This document shows, piece after piece, positions 14,386-21,043 of a DNA stretch of 21,043 bases. The translations under genes and the position numbers were made by a program. Under the pieces are notes generated by a model that saw only the letters and a program-made list of their open reading frames with translations, was not told where the DNA came from and searched no databases. Positions within the stretch are counted from its first letter, which is position 1. The number at the start of each line of letters is the position of its first letter. Source of the stretch: a virus (Duplodnaviria > Heunggongvirae > Uroviricota > Caudoviricetes); the IMG/VR virus record IMGVR_UViG_2529292726_000020; one strand, 5' to 3'.

Positions 14386-17274
14386 ATGTCGGGACAGTTT
14401 TCAGTCGGCGTTGTTATCGGCGGGATGATTGGTAGCACATTCCGTTCTGCAATGAGCGGTACCCGCCGTGCGCTTGATTCCCTGAGCGATACCTCACGCC
14501 GCCTGCAGGAACGTCAGAACGCTTTAACCCGTGCAACAGAACGTTATGGTCAACTGGGTTCTTCCCGGATGCAGCATCTCAACAGCGAGCTGCTGCGGGT
14601 AAGCCGCACCATGGAGCAAATTGAGCGCCAGCAGCGCCGTCTGTCAGCGGCATCCGCTACCAGTGATGCGCTGAAAGCTAACCGCATGGCGCTGTATGGT
14701 CAGGGGATTGAAGCGTATGGCATGGCACAGACTGTTTATCATACGGTTTCCCCTGCCGTTCAGCAGTCCATGTCTTTTCAGGACAAAATGATTGATATGT
14801 CGATCACCGCAAAATATGACAATAAAACGCGGGATGCACTTGCCGGACAGATAAAAGGCTGGGCGCTTAAATACAATCAGTATCAGGATGAGCTGCAGGA
14901 GGCGGTGGGTTCACTCATCAGCGACAATATTGATAATGTGTCAGATATCGGTTTTCTGATGCCGGATATTGCCCGCGCGGCAACGGCAACACGCACGTCT
15001 GCTCAGGACTGGGCAAAAGTGGCCGCAGTCTGGCAAAACTCCCTGAAAGGTGCGGCCAGAGATTTTGGTGCCGTTCAGAATATTATGGCTTATGCCGGTG
15101 ACCAGGGGTCATTTGAAATCCCGGATCAGGTCAAGTGGATGCAGTCCCTGGCCCCAATGATGGCGGGTATTGCCAGTGGAAAAGAGGCTGTTGCTGAAAT
15201 CGGGGCCAGTCTCCAGATAGCAAAAATCGGTGCAGGTTCCACCGACGAAGCAGCCAATAATTTTAAAAACTTTCTTACCAAAATTTTTGCCCGCGATACT
15301 CAGAAACAGTTTGCTGATCTGGGTATTGATTTGCAGGGATCTATTGCGAGTTATAAAGCTGCGGGGATCTCTCCGATTGAAGGGATGTTGAGTGTTATAG
15401 AACGTTACCTCAATGCCAAAAGCCCCGAAGCGCTGGCCGGCTTCAAATCAGCCATGAAAATAAAGAATGATACGGCAAGAGATGAGGCACTTCAGGCTCT
15501 GGCGAAAAACTTTGGTCTGGGCGATATGTTCGCGGATATGCAGGTCATGGCATTTATCCGCCCGATGCTGGCCAACATGGACAGATATCGAGAGATCCGT
15601 GCCGGTGCTCTCAGGGCTGCGGATAACGATTTGCTTGCCAGTGCTTATGATCAGCGGCTGAAATCTCCCCTTGAAGCCACTAAAGCACTTATGGTCAGCA
15701 GTCGCGATCTGGCAATTACGCTGGGCGATCAATTAGCTCCATCTTTTATTTCTCTGACTCAGGAACTGCTTCCACTCATTCAGGGGGCAAAACACTGGGT
15801 AGCGACTCACCCGCAATTTGTCAGTGGGGCTTTTAAGCTCATCAGTGCGCTCCTTGCGATTAAGATAGCGACTGTTGGTCTCAAACTGGGGCTGAATCTC
15901 CTTATTTCCCCCTTTGTAAGTGTCTGGAAAAATGCTGTTTTACTTCGGGCCAACTGGCTTCGTCTGTCGCTCGCACTGGGGCAAGGCGGTAAGCTCCGCT
16001 GCTGGCTGGTTCGCGGAATTATGCTCGCCGGTCGTGCTGTTCTCTGGATTGGACGTGCGCTGATGATGAATCCCATCGGTCTCGTTATCACCGCTGTCGC
16101 GGCAGCAGCTTACCTTATCTACCGCAACTGGTGGGCAGTCAGTGGCTGGTTTAAACAGCGCTGGGCAGACATTCAGGAAGCCTTTAACGGCGGCATTGTG
16201 GGAATTGGTAAGTTGCTGATTAACTGGTCGCCGGCAGGCCTGCTCTATAAAGCCTTTGCGGCTGCGCTGAAATATTTCGGCGTTGCTCTGCCGGCAAAGT
16301 TCACCGACTTCGGTGGCCATCTTATCGACGGTCTGATTAACGGTATCAAAAACAAATGGGGGTCGCTCAAATCCAGTGTAACCGGAATGGGTGACAGCAT
16401 CAGTAGCTGGTTTAAACAGTGCTGGGCTGACATTCAGGAAGCCTTTAACGGCGGTATCGCGGGAACTGGTAAGCTGCTGATTAACTGGTCGCCGGCAGGT
16501 CTGCTCTATAAAGCCTTTGCAGCTGCGCTGAAATATCTTGGTGTTGATCTGCCGGCAAAGTTCACCGACTTCGGTGGCCATCTTGTCGACGGTCTGATTA
16601 ACGGTATCAAAAACAAATGGGAGTCGCTCAAATCCAGTGTAACCGGAATGGGTGACAGCATCAGTGGCTGGTTCAGCGAAAAGCTGGGCATTCATTCGCC
16701 GAGTCGCGTGTTTATGGGCTTTGGTGACAATATCGCGCAGGGGGCCGCCATTGGCCTGCAGCGGACCACTCCGCTTGCAGCTCTGGCCGGGCAGCGAATG
16801 GCCAGTGAACTGCTCCCCAAAATGCCCGTGAGCATTCAGGGGCCAGAAATACGGGATAACACTTCAGGTGTTCGCTTCAGTATGCCGTTGCCCGATATCA
16901 ACGGGTTTATGTCGTCTGCTAAAAATGCGATCGGAGCCGTAATCAATAGTTTGTCTTCCATGCCCGCTATCCCGCTCTCCACCCGGGCATCGATTTTACC
17001 AGGGCAACGTCTGGCAAATGAGATGACACCGGATGTTCCCCGTATCCCCTCGCCTGAAATCATGGCTGCCGGATATTCAGGCCGTGGTGCAGCTGCAACC
17101 GGCGGTGGAACGTCTGGTGGTATCCAGGTCAGCTTTAATCCTCAGTTTTTCCTCAATGGCAGGGAAACCGCAGCGCCTGCCGGGCTGACTGGCGCCCTGA
17201 ATATGAGCCTGCATGAGCTGGAAAAAATGCTGGAGCGTCTGCTGGCTCAGAAACAACGTAAGGAGTACAGCTGA
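14386..17274 (+). CDS. Tail tape measure protein
   Basis: 962 aa with SD GGAGG. N-terminal coiled-coil, central hydrophobic segments, Gly-rich C-terminus. Standard position after the chaperone. Confidence 0.9.
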   Translation: MSGQFSVGVVIGGMIGSTFRSAMSGTRRALDSLSDTSRRLQERQNALTRATERYGQLGSSRMQHLNSELLRVSRTMEQIERQQRRLSAASATSDALKANRMALYGQGIEAYGMAQTVYHTVSPAVQQSMSFQDKMIDMSITAKYDNKTRDALAGQIKGWALKYNQYQDELQEAVGSLISDNIDNVSDIGFLMPDIARAATATRTSAQDWAKVAAVWQNSLKGAARDFGAVQNIMAYAGDQGSFEIPDQVKWMQSLAPMMAGIASGKEAVAEIGASLQIAKIGAGSTDEAANNFKNFLTKIFARDTQKQFADLGIDLQGSIASYKAAGISPIEGMLSVIERYLNAKSPEALAGFKSAMKIKNDTARDEALQALAKNFGLGDMFADMQVMAFIRPMLANMDRYREIRAGALRAADNDLLASAYDQRLKSPLEATKALMVSSRDLAITLGDQLAPSFISLTQELLPLIQGAKHWVATHPQFVSGAFKLISALLAIKIATVGLKLGLNLLISPFVSVWKNAVLLRANWLRLSLALGQGGKLRCWLVRGIMLAGRAVLWIGRALMMNPIGLVITAVAAAAYLIYRNWWAVSGWFKQRWADIQEAFNGGIVGIGKLLINWSPAGLLYKAFAAALKYFGVALPAKFTDFGGHLIDGLINGIKNKWGSLKSSVTGMGDSISSWFKQCWADIQEAFNGGIAGTGKLLINWSPAGLLYKAFAAALKYLGVDLPAKFTDFGGHLVDGLINGIKNKWESLKSSVTGMGDSISGWFSEKLGIHSPSRVFMGFGDNIAQGAAIGLQRTTPLAALAGQRMASELLPKMPVSIQGPEIRDNTSGVRFSMPLPDINGFMSSAKNAIGAVINSLSSMPAIPLSTRASILPGQRLANEMTPDVPRIPSPEIMAAGYSGRGAAATGGGTSGGIQVSFNPQFFLNGRETAAPAGLTGALNMSLHELEKMLERLLAQKQRKEYS
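16147..16668 (+). repeat. In-frame tandem duplication, 2 x 261 bp (2 x 87 aa), inside the tape measure gene
   Basis: Copy 1 16147-16407 (WFKQRWADIQEAFNGG..GMGDSISS) and copy 2 16408-16668 (WFKQCWADIQEAFNGG..GMGDSISG) differ at 8 of 87 residues. The duplicate antisense ORFs 16245-16433 and 16506-16691 are also offset by 261 bp. Confidence 0.9.
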
Positions 17275-17819
17275 TGTTTGCCGTACTGGGTGATATTGAG
17301 TTTGAACTGATTACCTACTGGGACGGCTTCGAGGCCACGTTTGGCGTCGATTATGCGGAGCATGCCCGCATCGAGGGTAAACCCGGCCTGCAGTTCGTCG
17401 GCGACAGGCTGGACGAAATCCAGATAACTCTGGTTTTCCATCAGCATTATTGTGTACCCGATGTGGAGCTGGCGAGAGTGCGAACAGCCATGAAAGCCCA
17501 TCAGGCACTGGCGCTGGTCTTCGGCAACGGTGACTATCGCGGCTGGTTCGTGATTACCGATGTGACCGCAACCAGCGAGCAGACAGACAGCACCGGTAAC
17601 GTGCTGGCTGTCAGTGCCACCGTGTCTCTCCGGGAATACACCGGTGATCCGAAAAATCCTCTGCAACCGCCGGCAATACGCACGAAGTTCCCGGTGCCGG
17701 GGCGGTCTCCGGTGCCATTCCATCACCTTCAGGGGTGGCGCAGTTCATCCGCAACGGCGTCAACTATGCGAAACAGGCGCAGTCTGTACTCCAGACCACT
17801 ATCAGCGCCGTTCGGGTGA
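17274..17819 (+). CDS. Tail protein, P2 gpU-like / N-domain of Mu-type DNA-circulation protein; C-terminal ~55 aa look out of frame
   Basis: N-terminal ~125 aa (MFAVLGDIEFEL..GLQFVGDRLDEIQITLVF..GWFVITDVTAT..VSLREY) fit the gpU-like pattern. The rest is Pro/Arg/Ser-rich and unlike protein sequence. Confidence 0.55.
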   Translation: MFAVLGDIEFELITYWDGFEATFGVDYAEHARIEGKPGLQFVGDRLDEIQITLVFHQHYCVPDVELARVRTAMKAHQALALVFGNGDYRGWFVITDVTATSEQTDSTGNVLAVSATVSLREYTGDPKNPLQPPAIRTKFPVPGRSPVPFHHLQGWRSSSATASTMRNRRSLYSRPLSAPFG

Positions 17820-18157
17820 CACAGAAAATGAAGGATAACCCCGTTGTCGCACTGACCCGTGTGCCGGGGCTGATGAGCGGACTGGGTAATATCTCCGGGG
17901 CTCTGGGGAAAAGTGTTCCGGCGTTTAACGCACTCTCTGAATCCATGCCCGATGCCATCAGTCTGGCCAGAACAGCCAGCGAAGCAGCCACGTATGTACA
18001 GCAGGCACAGTCTGCGCTGAGTGGTGTGGACAAAAGAAATATTGCAGGTGCTCTGGATACCGTTTCCGGGCAGCTTAACGCCGCCGGCACAGCATTCAAC
18101 CGCATGTCTCCGGGATTAAGTGCAATGGCCGCCAGAATACTGACGAGGAGTGTGTGA
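17735..18157 (+). CDS. Tail protein fragment; probable downstream part of a frameshift-split gene
   Basis: 140-aa ORF in the -1 frame relative to 17274-17819. Its GTG has no spaced SD. The frame is open back to 17648. Confidence 0.45.
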   Translation: MAQFIRNGVNYAKQAQSVLQTTISAVRVTQKMKDNPVVALTRVPGLMSGLGNISGALGKSVPAFNALSESMPDAISLARTASEAATYVQQAQSALSGVDKRNIAGALDTVSGQLNAAGTAFNRMSPGLSAMAARILTRSV

Positions 18158-18369
18158 TGTTTCTTGAACATGTTACCCGTGATGGAGAGCGCTGGGATTC
18201 GCTGGCATGGCAGTACTACGGTGACCCGCTGGGCTATCCCCGGATTATTGCCGCCAATCCGCACGTGGCCATCACGCCGGTGCTGCCCTCCGGGCTGTTG
18301 TTACTGATCCCGGTGATTGAGACTGAAGAAGCCCGTACAGAAGAGGATATTGCCCCATGGCTGAGATAA
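18157..18369 (+). CDS. Tail protein X-like (LysM-like domain, P2 gpX family)
   Basis: ATG at 18157 overlapping the upstream TGA, SD GAGGAG. Sequence ..WDSLAWQYYGDPLGYPRIIAANPHV.. fits the gpX pattern. Confidence 0.65.
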   Translation: MFLEHVTRDGERWDSLAWQYYGDPLGYPRIIAANPHVAITPVLPSGLLLLIPVIETEEARTEEDIAPWLR

Positions 18370-19511
18370 ACAGCACTGCGCAAGTCACATCAGCGTTAAC
18401 CGGCGTCAGCGATGTGCTGACATCGGTGTTCACTCTGTGGTATCTGCAGAAAAACATCACCTCTGATATCGCGCCTTATGTCACCCGTGTGACCTGGAGC
18501 GATAACATCAAAAATGAGTCCGATACCATTGAGGTGGAGCTGGACGACACCGATGGCCGCTGGCTGGATAAGTGGTATCCGGGCAAGGGTGACACGCTGA
18601 CGCTGAAAATGGGCTATCAGGGCGAGAAGCTGCTGTCCTGCGGTACGTTCTCTATAGACGAGATCGAAGTGAGTTCGCCCGCTTCCGTTGTTTCTATCCG
18701 TGGGGTGGCCACCTCGGTTAACAGTGCCCTGCGGACTAAATCCAGTCGTGGTTTTGAGAACACCACGCTGGCAGCTGTTGCGGGGCGGATTGCCAGAAAG
18801 CACCGACTGAAACTGGTGGGCAGCATTGAGTCCATCAGAATCGACCGGGTGACCCAGTATGCTGAAACCGACGTGGGTTTTCTGCGCCGGCTGGCCAGCG
18901 AGTATGGTTATGCAGTGAAAGTGGTCAGTGACCAGCTGATTTTTTCTCATCTGGCCACACTGCGCAGTCAGGAGACGGTCAGGCAGTTAAAACCGCAGGA
19001 TGTGGCCCGCTTTTCCCTGCGTGACACCATCAACCGGGTCTATAAATCTGCAAAGGTAAAACACCAGAAAAGCAGCAGTAAAAAACTGATCGTCCACGAA
19101 GCTGATGGTGGTACCCGTGAAAGCGACAAAAAGCTCAAAGGTGGTAAGGTTACCAGCGCTGACTCACTTAAAGTTAACAGCCGCGTCAGCGACCCGGACA
19201 GTGCCCGGATTAAAGCGGATTCAGCACTGGCCAGACATAACGAATACCAGCAGAACGGCTCCCTGACGCTGACGGGAACACCTCAACTGACAGCAGGCAA
19301 CAAAATTGAACTGGTGGGTTTTGGGCAGTTATCCGGGCCATGGCTCATAACCACTGCCCGCCATGCGTTTGACCGTAACAGCGGCTACACCACAGAGCTG
19401 GAAGTGGCACGGGGGCCAGTCACAAGAGGGAAAAAACAAAAAACTCAGAAACTCACGGTTTATCACCCGGATGGCAGTACATCGACGGTGATTAAGGAGA
19501 AGAAAAAATGA
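18357..19511 (+). CDS. Baseplate hub protein (P2 gpD / Mu gp44-like, late control D family)
   Basis: 384 aa in the expected position after gpX-like and before the spike. Confidence 0.8.
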   Translation: MAEINSTAQVTSALTGVSDVLTSVFTLWYLQKNITSDIAPYVTRVTWSDNIKNESDTIEVELDDTDGRWLDKWYPGKGDTLTLKMGYQGEKLLSCGTFSIDEIEVSSPASVVSIRGVATSVNSALRTKSSRGFENTTLAAVAGRIARKHRLKLVGSIESIRIDRVTQYAETDVGFLRRLASEYGYAVKVVSDQLIFSHLATLRSQETVRQLKPQDVARFSLRDTINRVYKSAKVKHQKSSSKKLIVHEADGGTRESDKKLKGGKVTSADSLKVNSRVSDPDSARIKADSALARHNEYQQNGSLTLTGTPQLTAGNKIELVGFGQLSGPWLITTARHAFDRNSGYTTELEVARGPVTRGKKQKTQKLTVYHPDGSTSTVIKEKKK

Positions 19512-20104
19512 CTGGTGTCACTCGTCAGGTCGGTACGGTCAGTGCCGTTGATGCCGACAGGGTTCAGGCCCGCGTTCGTCTGCCTGAATGCGATAACCTG
19601 CGCACAAACTGGCTTAACGTGCTGCAGCGTAATACCCAGGATAACAAAGATTACTGGCTCCCTGACGTGGGGGAGCAGGTTGAGGTGCTGCTCGATGCCA
19701 ACGGCGAGGATGGTGTTATTCTGGGCGCGGTGTACTCAGACGTCGATAAACCACCGTTCAGTGACAAAAATATCCGGGGAACCCGGTTTGCTGATGGTGC
19801 AGAGTACAGCTACAACCGGAAGACGCACACTCTGACCATCCGGGGCGGCATTGAGCATATTGTCATTGAGTGTGGTGCTGATGTGGTATTGAAAACACAG
19901 AAAGCCACGATTGACGCACCGGAAACCGAACTTACCGGAGATCTGCGTGTCAGGGGAAAGCTGATTTACGAAGGAGGCATGGCGGGTTCTGGTGGTAAAG
20001 GTGTTACCGCGACCATCCATGGCAATATCGAGATTAAAGGGAATGCCCATGCCACGGGCAGTATGCTGTCTGATGGCGAAAACTCCAGCCACCACTCCCA
20101 CTGA
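19508..20104 (+). CDS. Baseplate spike protein (P2 gpV / Mu gp45-like)
   Basis: 198 aa with SD AAGGAGAAG. OB-fold-like N-terminus and Gly-rich C-terminal region typical of gpV-type spikes. Confidence 0.8.
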   Translation: MTGVTRQVGTVSAVDADRVQARVRLPECDNLRTNWLNVLQRNTQDNKDYWLPDVGEQVEVLLDANGEDGVILGAVYSDVDKPPFSDKNIRGTRFADGAEYSYNRKTHTLTIRGGIEHIVIECGADVVLKTQKATIDAPETELTGDLRVRGKLIYEGGMAGSGGKGVTATIHGNIEIKGNAHATGSMLSDGENSSHHSH

Positions 20105-20106
20105 GC

Positions 20107-20128
20107 TTCTTAAACGCCTTTAATATCA
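20107..20128 (+). promoter_or_regulatory. Recurrent late-promoter-like motif, copy 4 (tcTTAAacgccTTTAATATCa), about 31 bp upstream of the W-like gene
   Basis: See findings. Followed by a 7-bp GC hairpin (20141-20158) abutting the ATG. Confidence 0.35.
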
Positions 20129-20158
20129 GCGTTCCCGCACGGGGGCAATACTGCCCCC

Positions 20159-20496
20159 ATGAAAACGACCTCAGTATTCTGGCAACCAGCCCTGCAGGCT
20201 CCCGGCGAAATTGTCCGGGGGCTGGATGATATCCGGCAGGCGATTCAAATTATCCTGCGGACTCCCCGCGGCAGCGACCCGCATCGCCCGGAGTTCGGCA
20301 GCAATCTGCATCTTTATATCGACTGGCCTGTAGACCGGGCCATTCCGCATGTGGTGCGCGAATCCGTCGATGCCATCCGGCGCTGGGAGCCCCGCTGCCA
20401 GCTTATGTCAGTTAAACCCGCCGTCGACGGCGAACATCTTACGCTCCGGGTGAGCTGGAAAGGCTCAGACGGACAGACCCGGACTCAGGAGCTGCT

Positions 20497-20506
<10 letters not shown>
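20159..20506 (+). CDS. Baseplate protein (P2 gpW / Mu gp46-like, GPW_gp25 family)
   Basis: 115 aa; position and size fit gpW-type proteins. Confidence 0.8.

Positions 20507-21043
<537 letters not shown>

Noticed and set aside
16147-16668. Possible CRISPR-like or other non-coding repeat array
   Set aside because: There are only two units of 261 bp, directly adjacent with no spacers, in frame and encoding protein-like sequence inside the tape measure gene. This is a coding duplication, not CRISPR.
15940-16695. 251-aa minus-strand ORF plus the duplicated 61/62-aa minus-strand ORFs (16245-16433, 16506-16691)
   Set aside because: These are antisense to the tape measure gene. Their duplication merely mirrors the 261-bp tandem repeat in the sense strand, so they are not independent genes.

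Overview
This window is the late (lysis + virion structural) region of a Mu-like / P2-like contractile-tailed prophage, read left to right on the + strand and truncated at both ends by insertion sequences. All calls come from reading the sequence and the six-frame track against remembered family signatures; no database search or folding program was run, and fine coordinates of motifs and hairpins are approximate to about 2 nt.

Layout:
- 1-405: the 3' end of an IS1 copy (InsB C-terminus plus terminal inverted repeat).
- 406-700: an AT-rich islet with a small hydrophobic ORF and a terminator-like hairpin.
- 711-1187 (- strand): a lone P-loop NTPase gene opposite to everything else.
- 1318-3679: lysis cassette (holin-like membrane protein, SLT-type endolysin with an N-terminal membrane segment, i-spanin with a fully embedded o-spanin, and two small proteins).
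- 3679-11573: head module (Mu gp27-like small terminase, large terminase, DUF935-type portal, G-like morphogenesis protein, I-like protease/scaffold, major head protein, gp36/gp37-like completion proteins).
- 11563-20754: tail module (sheath, tube, tail chaperone with a frameshift extension, 962-aa tape measure, gpU-like, gpX/LysM-like, gpD-like hub, gpV-like spike, gpW-like, and the N-terminus of a gpJ-like baseplate gene).
- ~20698-21043: an IS21-family element (istB 3' end, - strand) that cuts the J-like gene.

Main observations worth a second look:
- A ~19-bp motif recurs upstream of four apparent late operons.
- The tape measure gene carries an in-frame 261-bp tandem duplication.
- The tail chaperone extension lies in the +1 frame rather than the usual -1.
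- The gene after the tape measure looks split by a frameshift.
- Cargo-like genes sit at the IS1 edge and between tube and chaperone.

No tRNA, rRNA, CRISPR array, integrase, repressor or transposase-of-phage gene is visible in the window.
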